The notes beneath the pieces were generated by a model that had not been told where the DNA came from, ran no database searches, and worked only from the letters and a program-made list of their open reading frames with translations. Both the position numbers and the translations under genes were made by a program. A stretch of 64,000 nt of DNA from a virus. The stretch lies in IMG/VR virus record IMGVR_UViG_3300028534_000002; one strand, written 5' to 3'. Shown here piece after piece: positions 27,058 through 37,248 of the stretch. Position 1 is the stretch's first letter, and each line of letters opens with the position of its first letter.

Positions 27058-28284
27058 TTATAGCATCTTATACATTTGTTCTAAGAATGCGTCATTGTCA
27101 AGATCCATAAGATCTCTTTTTTTGTTTGTTTTTGCAGTTGATTTATCAACCTGCTCACTTGATTTACTTGCTTTTTTTGCAGCCTCAAGTCTATTGTTTT
27201 TATTTTCAACTTTTTGTTTTACCTCTCTTTGTTCAACGGCTTCCTTTACTGGTTGCTCTTCAACAAGTCTTTGAGGTTCATTTTTTTTGACGTATTTCTC
27301 AGCGAGCGAATTGCTTGCTACAACATACTTGTCAAAATCACTCATATGTCTAAATTGTCCACTTAGGTCTCTAAGTTCAAGCGATTTGATTTCTTCTTGA
27401 ACCTTGTTAAATGAACCTGTTTTAATATGGTTTAGCAAATGTTGCTTTGAAGCATCATCATTGATTAGCTTCGTGATTGAGTCGCTATCCCATTTTTTGA
27501 CAACATTATCAACAAAAGGCTCTTCAATTCCAAGCTTTGCTGATGTGTCTAAAAGATCGTTAAATTTGATTTCAATCTCTGGAACCAAATGCTTAGAAGG
27601 ATCAATCGAGCTCTCATCAATCTCATCCAAGTCCAATTCCATTGGATCAATCTCATTCTCTTTCATTAGTTTCTTGAGTGCATCTGGGTTACCGTTTGCT
27701 GCTTCAAGAACCAATGCTAGTTTGTTCTGATCTTCAAGTAATCCGTTCTTTTTAAGCGCTTCCAGCATTGGTCGCTGCTTATCGAACGTATCAACTTTAC
27801 CAATCATTTCCGCATATTTCTTTTGCATCTGTATAATACTTTCAGGATCACTAAGTCCGTCAACTGTGAATCCATCAATATCAACTTTTGCTCCAGTAAG
27901 CGCTTCCTTGAATTTCTTTAGCTGTTCATACTCTTCAAGTTTTCGTCTTACATCTTCGTCAATGTCTAAATTTGCATTTTTGTCTGTTTCATCAGTTGTT
28001 TCCTCTGGTTGTTCCTGGTCGATGTCAATATCTTCCTCTGTTTCCTCAGAACCATCTGTTTCAACTACTTCAATGTTATCAGACTCTTCCTTAATGTTTT
28101 CTTCGTCACCTTCAACAGCATCATTGTCAATACTGTCCTGCTGAGTATCGTTATCTACTACATCGTCAACAGCACTAACTGGTTCATCAAGAACCAGTGG
28201 TTTCTGTGACTCTCTGTCGATAAACTCAAGAAAGTCCTCTGGACTCATTTCCATTGGGTCAATTTCATTTTCTGCTACAGACAT
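27058..28284 (-). CDS. scaffolding-like acidic protein (408 aa)
   Basis: Very D/E-rich, helical-looking sequence directly upstream of the capsid gene. Confidence 0.5.
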   Translation of the reverse strand: MSVAENEIDPMEMSPEDFLEFIDRESQKPLVLDEPVSAVDDVVDNDTQQDSIDNDAVEGDEENIKEESDNIEVVETDGSEETEEDIDIDQEQPEETTDETDKNANLDIDEDVRRKLEEYEQLKKFKEALTGAKVDIDGFTVDGLSDPESIIQMQKKYAEMIGKVDTFDKQRPMLEALKKNGLLEDQNKLALVLEAANGNPDALKKLMKENEIDPMELDLDEIDESSIDPSKHLVPEIEIKFNDLLDTSAKLGIEEPFVDNVVKKWDSDSITKLINDDASKQHLLNHIKTGSFNKVQEEIKSLELRDLSGQFRHMSDFDKYVVASNSLAEKYVKKNEPQRLVEEQPVKEAVEQREVKQKVENKNNRLEAAKKASKSSEQVDKSTAKTNKKRDLMDLDNDAFLEQMYKML

Positions 28285-28706
28285 GATACATCTCCAAATC
28301 CTCGCTCTTCAGCAACAAAATTCATGATCTCTAGCCGCTCTTCCAAATCTTTGATTGCTTGTCCTGAACCAGTTGATTCGATCTCAACATTATTCATAAA
28401 CAACTTAAGATGTCTAATTGACATTAGTTTTTGTTGCAACTGCTTCTCTGTTTCCTCTCTGAAAGGTGCTACAGATGTTAATGCATCTGCCAATCTCTTT
28501 TTTTCATCTGTAAAATACATTTCCTTGAATCGCTTCCAGTCATCGTTCTCCTCTAGGCGCATAAGTGCCGCAAAGTTCTCGTCAACCTTTCTGAACTCTT
28601 CAAGTGAATCTTTTACGTCACAGATTTCTTGTCTAAGATTATCCTCTTCCATTTCTCTAAAGTATTTAGTATACTGCTCTTTCAAGTCTTCGATTTCTTC
28701 TGCCAT
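28275..28706 (-). CDS. hypothetical head-module protein (143 aa)
   Basis: ORF overlapping the next gene by 10 nt; acidic and helical. Confidence 0.65.
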   Translation of the reverse strand: MAEEIEDLKEQYTKYFREMEEDNLRQEICDVKDSLEEFRKVDENFAALMRLEENDDWKRFKEMYFTDEKKRLADALTSVAPFREETEKQLQQKLMSIRHLKLFMNNVEIESTGSGQAIKDLEERLEIMNFVAEERGFGDVSCL

Positions 28707-28741
28707 GCTTTTCTCCTTGCTTTTTTTAATGTTTGATTGCC

Positions 28742-29224
28742 CTATTGTAGCGCTGCAATCTGTTTGGCTTGCTCTGTAATGTTAACAGGTTGTTGCTGAG
28801 GCATTGCTTGACCTTGAGCCATCATTTGTCTACCAATTCCCCTTCCTTGTCCTGATCCATCCATCATTGGTTGTCCAGGATTTGGATTATTAGGATTCAT
28901 TGGCAATGGTTGAAATTGCTCCATCGAGTTATCCTGTGGAGCACTCAATAGTTGTGCAACTCTGTCTTGCAATTCTGGTGGAAGTTGTTCAAACACTTGC
29001 ATTGGATCTCCACCGTCATCTTGCACTTGGTTCATTTGATCGATAAAGGCTAATGCGTCTTCAGTTAACGCTGAATCTGTTTTTTCGTTAAGAGTTTGTT
29101 CCTCTGCTGCAAGTCTTCTATCTTCATCTGCAAAACTCTCTTCTAACTGCTGATCAGCTAGTTTAGCGATTTTTGCTTGTCTACCAAGTCTTCTTTCTTC
29201 TACATCATCGTATGATACTGGCAT
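28742..29224 (-). CDS. hypothetical head-module protein with Q/P/M/G-rich tail (160 aa)
   Basis: ORF with low-complexity C-terminal half (NPNNPNPGQPMMDGSGQGRGIGRQMMAQGQAMPQQQP). Confidence 0.6.
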   Translation of the reverse strand: MPVSYDDVEERRLGRQAKIAKLADQQLEESFADEDRRLAAEEQTLNEKTDSALTEDALAFIDQMNQVQDDGGDPMQVFEQLPPELQDRVAQLLSAPQDNSMEQFQPLPMNPNNPNPGQPMMDGSGQGRGIGRQMMAQGQAMPQQQPVNITEQAKQIAALQ

Positions 29225-29268
29225 TGTTATTCCTTTTGTAATTTTATTTTATTGTATCGTCTATTGGC

Positions 29269-29925
29269 TTATCTTCCAATATCCGTATTGATTTTTGCTG
29301 TTCTTCTTACTGTATCTATTCTATTTGTATTTCTTTTTACTCTCTCTTGTCGTAGTCCAGCTTGCTTTTGTCTTAAATCTAATTCTCTATTTACTCCATT
29401 TGACAGTCCAATTATACCTGCTATTTTTGCATTCTTTGTTGCGTCGTATCCTAGCTGACTAGACACTGCATATTCCTGAGCACCTTGAGACACGGCATTT
29501 GTTGCTGCCGATGTTAATACTTTAGTTGCAACCTTTCCACCCTTTCCTGGTATCCACTCTAATGGGTTTATTGATTCACCAATTGATCCAGCAACATTCC
29601 ATTCAGATGGATGCGTAGCTGTATCATATATGTACTTCCCTGTATTAACAATAATGTCTGTATTGCTTTTTGAGTTTTTTAAATCATCTACAATTTTATC
29701 GTAATCTGCTTTTCTGTTTGCACTCATCTGACTTGCTTTGTATTCATCGTCTCTTTGATTAGCATCATTTACTATTTTTGCAGATATTTTATCAGGATCA
29801 TTCCCAAGCATGTAGTCTTTTATCAAATCAAGTTTTGCAATTCCAGCTTGAGCAGACCTATTAAGTCTTGCTCCAAAGCTTTGATCATTGCTAAAAGTAT
29901 TAAACTGTCCCATTATCTTCACCAA
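29269..29925 (-). CDS. hypothetical head-module protein (218 aa)
   Basis: ORF overlapping the portal gene 3' end by 26 nt. Confidence 0.6.
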   Translation of the reverse strand: MVKIMGQFNTFSNDQSFGARLNRSAQAGIAKLDLIKDYMLGNDPDKISAKIVNDANQRDDEYKASQMSANRKADYDKIVDDLKNSKSNTDIIVNTGKYIYDTATHPSEWNVAGSIGESINPLEWIPGKGGKVATKVLTSAATNAVSQGAQEYAVSSQLGYDATKNAKIAGIIGLSNGVNRELDLRQKQAGLRQERVKRNTNRIDTVRRTAKINTDIGR

Positions 29926-32323
29926 TCATTTCATCTGGTGCAATAGTGCTTCTAATTTCAGGATCTTTCATTGGTTGCTTTGTGCTTGGCATTCTCTGTA
30001 TTGATGGAAGATCCTTTGTATACTTTGATGTATCTAGACTATTTTTGTTTAGTATGTTTCTAAAGATGTCATCTGCAGCATCATATGTATCATTCTGCAT
30101 TGTACCACTCTTTATGTAGTCAAGGTTTTTTTCTTTTGACGTTTTATCTTCATTCTTTTTCTCATCTTTAAGCTTGATATTCTCTTGCTCCCTCTTGGTC
30201 CTGATCTCTTCTCTCTCAAGGTTTGCCAAGTGATGGAATTCATTATCTTCTTTTTCCCACTCACGCTTAACACCAGTATCAATAAGTTCAAACTCTTGAT
30301 TAAATAGTTTAACCTGCGCATCCATCTTGTCTGCTTGTGCTAGTGCTAGTTCTGCTTGTGATTTATCTTTGATAACTTTTGCTTCTTGTGAACCAGCCAT
30401 GATTGATTCTTTTATTTCGTCTATTTTTGCATCTTTGAATTCCATCTCTTTTATCTTGGCTAGTAATTCTATTTGTGCCTTTTTATTTTCCAACTTAAGT
30501 CTCTCAAGCTCTAGTTGTTGCGCTAAAACCTGTTCTTCTGACGGTGGTTTACTAGCCTCTTCAATTGTTGCTCTAGCAAGATCTGGAAGATTCCAAAGCT
30601 CAGCTGTTTTCGCATAGTGCTGTGCTGCTAACTGAGGAGACATGCTTGCACCATTGTTGTGCAAGAAGAACATTATCTTTGATGCTTTGTTGTCTGCTAT
30701 ACTTGGAGTTAGAACATCTACTGATATGTTGTATTCATCATTGAGTGCATCAGTATCGCCTATCTGCTCTGACGATCCACTTGCATTTGCATATACTGCA
30801 TCATCCAATAAGAATGCTTTATTCATTGATAAGATCAAGTCCCCTGCCTGCTCTATCATCGTTAGAAACCTTCTCAAGATTTCCATCTCTCTGTTTGTTT
30901 TGGCATCTATTGGCATTGGAGAATTTGAGATCGATTGAGTTATTCTTGATCCAGCTCCACCATCCATGTCTTCAACACCAGTTAGAAGTGTTGAATGCTC
31001 TGTATATATGTTTTTCATGTCGAATAACACTTTTGGCACTGGCTCAACAGATTTTCTCATTATTGCTCTGCTTAGATCTGTCCCCCTGTTGACGTATACA
31101 GTTTTCCCTCTTTCATAGTTATCCTTTTGAATTGGTGTTTTAAATATACTGTCATCAATAAATTCTTGTCCAGCAGCGTTTTCGTTTGTTATATCTTGCA
31201 TAGCTCTGTATGTTGCTGTTAGAGATTTTTGATCATCCTCTAGTAGTGTTGCGTAAGGCTCTCCCCATATTTCGTCCTTAAGTGGCCTAAATGATGCAAT
31301 TACATATGGTATTTTTTTATGAGGATATGGGTTTTCTTCTAGCCTAACAAGTCTGTCTCCAATCCATGATGCAACAATTGGAACCAGGTTGTTGTCGCCG
31401 TTTATATCCCAGTATCCCCAATATTCATACATTGTAATTTTCTTTCTTGCCAAGTCAGAAAACTCAAACATATCATCTTCATCATAGTCTGTATATGTTG
31501 CAAGATTATAGTCGTTTGTTCCTACACCAGACTTCCCCTTTATATATTCTTTTACATAGTCAAGATTGAAGTATGAATCATTCTTTGAGAGTGTTGCATA
31601 GTCTGTCTCCTGAATATCTATAACAAATTTAACATTATTCCAATCACCTTTTGCAGATGGATCAACAATAATTGCCCTATTATCTCTTACTGAAAGCATT
31701 GGTCTATTTTCAATTATTCTCTCAACTTCAACCTCAACTTCCTCTATTCCTATTGGTAACTGTCCACTACTGCTTAGCTCATTAACTAGACTATTGTACA
31801 GATCCTGGTTCTTACTTGCCCTCACAAGTATTTCATTAATTTCAGCTTTATCTGTTGTATATATCTTTCTCTCTGTTATCTCCAACTCTTTTTTAGTCTC
31901 GAGTTTCCATCCAACCTTTATTACACATGTTCCTTCTATTGCAAAGTTTCTTGCGGCCTTATTTACTAGAGCAACCTTTCCTATCTCTTTATCCCATTGA
32001 TGGTTTAGTATGTCTGCGTTTTTTGATGCAACCTGTATCGCTCCACTTGTTTTTGCAGTCAAATCAAACAGTCTTTTTTTTGACAATACTGGACTTTCTA
32101 TATTTGGGATCACCCACTCCATCATTTTCTTAAATAGATAACTTCTGTATGTTGACTTTATCTTTTTTAGACCTTTTCTTTGCTCTGTATATTTGTCTTC
32201 ATTGTATATGCGATTATAGAAATCCAATCTATCTATCTGTCTTAAGTGTGAAGATTCAGACGATTTGTAGTCAGACTTAAGGTCTGATATCTTTGGTTTA
32301 TTTTTCCAACTGTTGCTTGACAT
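29900..32323 (-). CDS. portal protein (807 aa)
   Basis: Largest protein between the terminase/tail block and the capsid. Size and position are typical of a portal (N4 gp59 position). RBS AAGAGG, and TAATG coupling to the upstream gene. Confidence 0.6.
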   Translation of the reverse strand: MSSNSWKNKPKISDLKSDYKSSESSHLRQIDRLDFYNRIYNEDKYTEQRKGLKKIKSTYRSYLFKKMMEWVIPNIESPVLSKKRLFDLTAKTSGAIQVASKNADILNHQWDKEIGKVALVNKAARNFAIEGTCVIKVGWKLETKKELEITERKIYTTDKAEINEILVRASKNQDLYNSLVNELSSSGQLPIGIEEVEVEVERIIENRPMLSVRDNRAIIVDPSAKGDWNNVKFVIDIQETDYATLSKNDSYFNLDYVKEYIKGKSGVGTNDYNLATYTDYDEDDMFEFSDLARKKITMYEYWGYWDINGDNNLVPIVASWIGDRLVRLEENPYPHKKIPYVIASFRPLKDEIWGEPYATLLEDDQKSLTATYRAMQDITNENAAGQEFIDDSIFKTPIQKDNYERGKTVYVNRGTDLSRAIMRKSVEPVPKVLFDMKNIYTEHSTLLTGVEDMDGGAGSRITQSISNSPMPIDAKTNREMEILRRFLTMIEQAGDLILSMNKAFLLDDAVYANASGSSEQIGDTDALNDEYNISVDVLTPSIADNKASKIMFFLHNNGASMSPQLAAQHYAKTAELWNLPDLARATIEEASKPPSEEQVLAQQLELERLKLENKKAQIELLAKIKEMEFKDAKIDEIKESIMAGSQEAKVIKDKSQAELALAQADKMDAQVKLFNQEFELIDTGVKREWEKEDNEFHHLANLEREEIRTKREQENIKLKDEKKNEDKTSKEKNLDYIKSGTMQNDTYDAADDIFRNILNKNSLDTSKYTKDLPSIQRMPSTKQPMKDPEIRSTIAPDEMIGEDNGTV

Positions 32324-32628
32324 TATTGATACCTCTTTACTTTTAGTAGTACTTTATCGATGATAGTATTTCCAGTGTTGTTGTTTTTTATCTCAAACGT
32401 TACATAGTATTCTCCCAATATTTTTTCTGACAACTCGCTTGGAACAGTGTATACGCTGTCAAGAACTTCAACATTGTCAATAATATTGCAGTTTGTATAT
32501 GCGCTATCAATTCTCATTTTTATAGAATAGTCGCTTGGAGAATAATCCTCTGGTACTGCTATCTTAATGTCAGTACTCTGGCCAGGATATAATTTGATTG
32601 GTGTATACCCAAACACTTCGCTATACAT
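32323..32628 (-). CDS. hypothetical protein (101 aa)
   Basis: ORF translationally coupled to the portal gene. Confidence 0.6.
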   Translation of the reverse strand: MYSEVFGYTPIKLYPGQSTDIKIAVPEDYSPSDYSIKMRIDSAYTNCNIIDNVEVLDSVYTVPSELSEKILGEYYVTFEIKNNNTGNTIIDKVLLKVKRYQ

Positions 32629-32768
32629 ATTATCTTCCTTTTCTAATAATTATAACAGCATCCAGTGGTAATGAAGTTTAAAACAAGGAGATTGTATTTT
32701 TTTTGTAGGAGTGTAGAAAGTATTAATTACTGAACTGGATGCCTTGACAATTATCTCCAAAATATGCT

Positions 32769-33191
32769 TTATTCTGCCTGGTTCTTATCTATTTTGTTCG
32801 CTTTCTCATATGTTCTTAGTCCTGCAATCCCTAACATAGCCATAACAAGATTTATAAGAAGTCCCATATCAAGCTCTGGCAATGGAAACTCTATGTTGTA
32901 AGCATAAAATGCGCTGTGCAAAAATGGTGCAAGCACAAACGTATACATTAGTGCAAAGCCTGAGACCCATCCAATAAATGGTCTCCATGATGACGCGAAC
33001 CAGTTTGATGATGATGCTTCTGCTTTATTTATCTCCATTTGGCCTTTAAGTAACTCGTTGTTTAGAGCTTGAAGTTTCAAGTCAAGTTCAGCTCTCCTAA
33101 CTGGATCATCTATTGCTTCTCCAGTTATTGCCTCTCTAACGTCTTTTATAAGTGTCCCTGCATCTCCTAGGCTAAAGTCTATTAGTGACAT
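32769..33191 (-). CDS. holin, 3-TM type (140 aa)
   Basis: An N-terminal amphipathic/coiled region is followed by hydrophobic segments (WRPFIGWVSGFALMYTFVLAPFL, LLINLVMAMLGIAGL). Lies immediately downstream of the amidase gene. Resembles the GTA-type 3-TM holin family as I recall it. Confidence 0.55.
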   Translation of the reverse strand: MSLIDFSLGDAGTLIKDVREAITGEAIDDPVRRAELDLKLQALNNELLKGQMEINKAEASSSNWFASSWRPFIGWVSGFALMYTFVLAPFLHSAFYAYNIEFPLPELDMGLLINLVMAMLGIAGLRTYEKANKIDKNQAE

Positions 33192-33193
33192 GA

Positions 33194-33631
33194 CTACTCC
33201 TTTATCCTGTTTTCTAGAAAATCCTTAACAGAGAAGCATGGACAGTTCTTGTGTACACCTTCAAAATCTCTGTGCCCAACGATTGCCTCTTCGCTTATTC
33301 CATATTTATCAGATAGATCAGCAAGAAGAGTTCTTAGTGAGGAGAACTGCTTGTCAGTAAACTCATCAAATTGCGACCCAGTTAAACATATTGCTATCAT
33401 TCCACTATTGTGCCCTCTTACTGCAGCAGGATCCTTATGCAATGATCTTCCAACTTCTATCTGGCCATCAAGTGATTTAATGTATCCATCGGCTGTTATT
33501 CCGTTTCCAATTACAAAGTGATACCCAATCTCAGACCAATGGTTATGAAGTCTATGGTACTTGTCGTACGATAATGCTGAACCAGTTGGTGTTGCACTAC
33601 AATGAATAGATATGTTTGTTATTGCTCTCAT
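33194..33631 (-). CDS. N-acetylmuramoyl-L-alanine amidase endolysin (Amidase_2/PGRP, T7-lysozyme type), 145 aa
   Basis: Signature segments ISIHCSATP, GYHFVI, GHNSGMIAICLTG and GHRDF..HKNCPCF. Confidence 0.85.
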   Translation of the reverse strand: MRAITNISIHCSATPTGSALSYDKYHRLHNHWSEIGYHFVIGNGITADGYIKSLDGQIEVGRSLHKDPAAVRGHNSGMIAICLTGSQFDEFTDKQFSSLRTLLADLSDKYGISEEAIVGHRDFEGVHKNCPCFSVKDFLENRIKE

Positions 33632-34122
33632 TACTCATCTCCTTCATATTCTGGCATCTGGCTCATGACGTATTCGACGCTAACTGAGTCAAGTTCTCCA
33701 GCTTCGTATTCTGCTCTAATTTCTTCTGCTTTTGCCCAACATGAAGCTCCCCATGTTGCCAACGCAAGGCACTCGTCTCTAAATGGGTTATCGAAGCCAG
33801 TATAGCTTCTTACAGACTTCATGTCATCGTATCCATGCATCTTTGCAACACCATCAACAAGAGCTGATATTTGCTTTGTTGTTTCTGTTTGCATGTTTGC
33901 CACATACTGCGAAAACACAGTTACAGAGAACTCAGGGAACATGTCTGCATGCTCCTCTATTAGTGCTGGTATATTTGGATTTGAATATTCAAATATATAA
34001 AACAACTCAGTCTCGTCAACGATTGTTGTTCCTGTTCCATAAAGTGTTGTCATAAATAATAGGTCTTTGTTTATTGTGTTTTTGTCTACACTTATTCTCA
34101 TATATCTAGTCCTCGCTTTCAA
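33631..34122 (-). CDS. hypothetical protein (163 aa)
   Basis: ORF coupled to both neighbours (overlaps at both ends). Confidence 0.6.
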   Translation of the reverse strand: MKARTRYMRISVDKNTINKDLLFMTTLYGTGTTIVDETELFYIFEYSNPNIPALIEEHADMFPEFSVTVFSQYVANMQTETTKQISALVDGVAKMHGYDDMKSVRSYTGFDNPFRDECLALATWGASCWAKAEEIRAEYEAGELDSVSVEYVMSQMPEYEGDE

Positions 34123-35584
34123 AAATTATATCGTCGATACATATATCGCCTTGATATCCTGTTGCATCATGGTATCTTATAAGTACCTTTTCTGCATTTG
34201 ATCCAGTTACGTCAAGATCAATCTGATGCCAATCTGTACCCTGGTCTCCAGATACAGAAAACTGAACAGTCTCACCGTCTGCATCATTCCATGTTACAAC
34301 TTCGAACACTCCAGAATTTGATCCTTCAAGTTGATACTGCAATGCTATTCTCGTTAATTTTGAAAAATAATTTGATGATAGCTCTAAAAACTCTTGGTTT
34401 CCATTTGATGACATCTCTCCATATACCATGTATGTGCCTTCTACTGGTTCTTGAGAACCAGTTCCAGACGATGGTGTTGTCGAGTCGTATCTGTTCCATT
34501 TACCAGCATCTGTTCCATTAACAGTATTTCCCCAATGGTCACTTTCAAAATGAAGATCTATATCATTCTCATCTTCCCATCCATTGCTGTATACTCCAGA
34601 TGGACCATCTCCGTATCCTGGCCTTGTTATTGATTTTCCAGTTCCTATCTCAACCCATTTGCTGACACTGTAGTCATATCTACAGAAGTTGTCTAGTTCT
34701 ATAAGATACGCAAGCTCTCCACTATACCTTGGCACATAATCCCATAGGTCTTCTCTTGTTTCAAAGAACTTTGTTAGTTGGATCTGATAATCTCCTATAT
34801 TGACCAGTCCAGGACTACGACCAGATGAAAATGTATCTAAAACACCCTTGTTGTCATGCGTGTGCAACGAACTAAGATCTGGCTTGTCAGTTAGTGAGTT
34901 GTATGACTTCTCAGAAAGGTTTGCTAGATTATGAGAATGTGTTCCATTTGCAACATCATCAACTCCTGTTCCAAAGTTCTTGTTGAATGCAGTATTCTTC
35001 TCAAAAGTATCTTCTTTAGAGTTTATCATACTTACTATAACTGGACCTTGTGATGCAGCAATCGACACTGTGCTATCAGTTGAATCTAGTCCGTCATACA
35101 CGTCTCTTTGCGCAACAACTGTATCAACCTCATTTCCATTGTATGTAAGATTTCCATCATCGTTTATACCTAATCCATCAAGAATGCTTTTGTTAGAATG
35201 ATCATGAACGTCAGGCTTATCTGTCAATGAATTGTAGCTTCTCTCTGATAAATCGGCTAGGTTATGCGTATGAACCAATGGTGCTTTTTCATTTAAAGCA
35301 AACTGAACGTCTGTTGATATAGGCTTGTCAATATCAGATGTATTGTCAACATTATCGAGTCCAATATGGTACTTCGTTACAGCATGTGGATTATTTGTAT
35401 TGTTTATGTGTTCAGAGTTGTCAACATTTAATTTAGCAGCGTTACCAAAAGTATGTGATTCAACAGACCCATCAAGGTTTGTCCAAGTGAATGTAACATC
35501 TTTTGCATCAACACCAGCCCAGTCCTTCATCACTGATAAGATTGCATTTGCATTCTGAACTAAAATATCTACTGCTCTTGCCAT
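34106..35584 (-). CDS. tail fibre / receptor-binding protein with MAM-like C-terminal domain (492 aa)
   Basis: Duplicated fibre motif H(T/S)HNLA(D/N)LSE(R/K)SYNSLTDKPD. The C-terminus ends ...VLIRYHDATGYQGDICIDDIIFE, resembling the GDIAIDDI end of MAM domains. Confidence 0.65.
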   Translation of the reverse strand: MARAVDILVQNANAILSVMKDWAGVDAKDVTFTWTNLDGSVESHTFGNAAKLNVDNSEHINNTNNPHAVTKYHIGLDNVDNTSDIDKPISTDVQFALNEKAPLVHTHNLADLSERSYNSLTDKPDVHDHSNKSILDGLGINDDGNLTYNGNEVDTVVAQRDVYDGLDSTDSTVSIAASQGPVIVSMINSKEDTFEKNTAFNKNFGTGVDDVANGTHSHNLANLSEKSYNSLTDKPDLSSLHTHDNKGVLDTFSSGRSPGLVNIGDYQIQLTKFFETREDLWDYVPRYSGELAYLIELDNFCRYDYSVSKWVEIGTGKSITRPGYGDGPSGVYSNGWEDENDIDLHFESDHWGNTVNGTDAGKWNRYDSTTPSSGTGSQEPVEGTYMVYGEMSSNGNQEFLELSSNYFSKLTRIALQYQLEGSNSGVFEVVTWNDADGETVQFSVSGDQGTDWHQIDLDVTGSNAEKVLIRYHDATGYQGDICIDDIIFESED

Positions 35585-35838
35585 TACGTCTCCAATCCAT
35601 CAATTTGCATTCCGCTTATTTTTTGAGAGTTTCCAAAGATAGCTATACTAAGAATTGCAGATTGCTCATCAAGATCGTCATGTGTTGGCATCTGAGAGAC
35701 CTCTTTGTCTCCATCTTCGTTAACCTTATTTAGATAAAGTCTTCCATCGTATGTATTTATTGCAAGCTCACCATCGTCAAGCGATGATGGTGATGCACCT
35801 TGCAATGATGATCTTTTTAAGATTATCTTTTTTGTCAT
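35584..35838 (-). CDS. small tail-fibre-associated protein (84 aa)
   Basis: N-terminus ILKRSSLQGASPSSLDDGELAINTYDGRLYL is a short version of the fibre N-terminal motif also seen in the 248-aa protein. Confidence 0.55.
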   Translation of the reverse strand: MTKKIILKRSSLQGASPSSLDDGELAINTYDGRLYLNKVNEDGDKEVSQMPTHDDLDEQSAILSIAIFGNSQKISGMQIDGLET

Positions 35839-35890
35839 ATATGTCTCCTTATTTTCGTTTGACTATAAGGAGATTATATCCTATATGCTA

Positions 35891-36637
35891 TTAAAATAGT
35901 CCACCATCAATAACTGACTCATCAACAAACTCTACACCAGATTCATCATCTTTAACCTTAAGTGTATACCCTCCAGAACCAGTGTAGTCAGTTGGAGTGT
36001 CATCAAGCGCAACAAGTGTTGTTCTTCCAACAGAGTCTACGTCAACTGGTTCATATTGGTTATTTGCAGATACATATTGTAGCAATTGTCCATCGCTTGG
36101 TGCGGTAGTGCTTACATCGCTTAAGTCTTGTACTTTTAGCTCAGATGCTGCAGCCTTTGCTCTATCTGTAGTGAAGTATAGGTTATTGCTTCCTTCGTCA
36201 ATATCATCTGTTGTGAGCGTAACTGCACCTGTTTGACCGTTTACAGACGTTACAGCATCAGTTGGAGTAAGAAGTTCTTGCCAATCACTCATTGACCCAT
36301 TTGTGTCATTTAGTGCTATATACGACTTGTTCTCATCTGTTCTAACAGCAATATCACCAGCTTGAACAGTTAACGCTAATTGATCTGTTTCATTATCTAC
36401 AACAAATGTTTCGCTAATCGCCAATGGAGGCAACACTGAGTTGTCGATCTTTCCGTCAGAGTTTAGCAGAGCAACGTTACTCAAGTCTGTTGCGATTGGA
36501 ATAGGTGTTACTCCTGAACCTTTACCAATAAATACCTCATTTGTGTCTTTTGCAAACAGCAACTCTCCTTCTAGTGCTTCCGAAGGTAAATTAGCCTTGT
36601 CTCCTCTTTTGATTTGCAATTGTTTTGTTATTGCCAT
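35891..36637 (-). CDS. tail fibre protein (248 aa)
   Basis: N-terminus LQIKRGDKANLPSEALEGELLFAKDTNEVFIGKG is the widespread phage fibre N-terminal motif (RG..A.....L..GEL....DT....IG.G). Confidence 0.6.
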   Translation of the reverse strand: MAITKQLQIKRGDKANLPSEALEGELLFAKDTNEVFIGKGSGVTPIPIATDLSNVALLNSDGKIDNSVLPPLAISETFVVDNETDQLALTVQAGDIAVRTDENKSYIALNDTNGSMSDWQELLTPTDAVTSVNGQTGAVTLTTDDIDEGSNNLYFTTDRAKAAASELKVQDLSDVSTTAPSDGQLLQYVSANNQYEPVDVDSVGRTTLVALDDTPTDYTGSGGYTLKVKDDESGVEFVDESVIDGGLF

Positions 36638-36650
36638 CTATTATTCCTTA

Positions 36651-36971
36651 TTAAAAATTTCCACAATCTAGTGGTTGTGCTATTAGCCATTCTATTTTAT
36701 CATCAAATTGCTTCTTGTTTACTGCATGACAATCTTCTGTGGCTTCGTTTACGCTAAACTGTTCTTCACAGTCACCATTTAATTTTGCTCCACCAAGCTC
36801 CTCGAGAGTTACATCTGAACCATCATCTGATGCAAGCCTCCACCCAGCTATTCCATTCTCATCTATACCAAGAAGATAGTTTCCTTCATCTTCTGGCTTG
36901 TCTGGCACCCTCCACCCTAACCTCCTTGTGCCTACAAATGCTGTCTCCTTATATCGTCTTCTCCATCCCAT
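36651..36971 (-). CDS. hypothetical tail-module protein (106 aa)
   Basis: ORF packed 1 nt from the neighbouring gene. Confidence 0.55.
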   Translation of the reverse strand: MGWRRRYKETAFVGTRRLGWRVPDKPEDEGNYLLGIDENGIAGWRLASDDGSDVTLEELGGAKLNGDCEEQFSVNEATEDCHAVNKKQFDDKIEWLIAQPLDCGNF

Positions 36972-36972
36972 A

Positions 36973-37248
36973 TCAGTTCACCACTAAACACGGTATTATG
37001 CATGGAAGCTTTGTGTATATATAAAATGGTGGCTCAAGAGACATGCATGTTTCTTGGGTTAGCCCAACCCATGTCTTAGCCATGTCACCATGGCTAGATA
37101 TATATACCCTAGCAAATGCATCATCTGGGAATGTTGGAACCTGAAAGAAATTTGCAGTCTCAACAATTATTGGCGTTTTAACCTCGTCTTTTGACACAAT
37201 AATTCTTCCATTGTCAATCTCTTCTGCCATATCATTAACCTCCTCCAA
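36973..37248 (-). CDS. hypothetical tail-module protein (91 aa)
   Basis: ORF overlapping the upstream gene by 14 nt. Confidence 0.5.
   Translation of the reverse strand: MEEVNDMAEEIDNGRIIVSKDEVKTPIIVETANFFQVPTFPDDAFARVYISSHGDMAKTWVGLTQETCMSLEPPFYIYTKLPCIIPCLVVN

Noticed and set aside
32629-32768. Possible late promoter and long-range stem (GCATCCAGT 32670-32678 / ACTGGATGC 32732-32740) between the holin and the 101-aa gene
   Set aside because: The -35/-10 matches on the minus strand (TTGTCA-17-ATTAAT) are only moderate and the stem encloses nothing recognisable. Noted but not confident enough to list as a feature.
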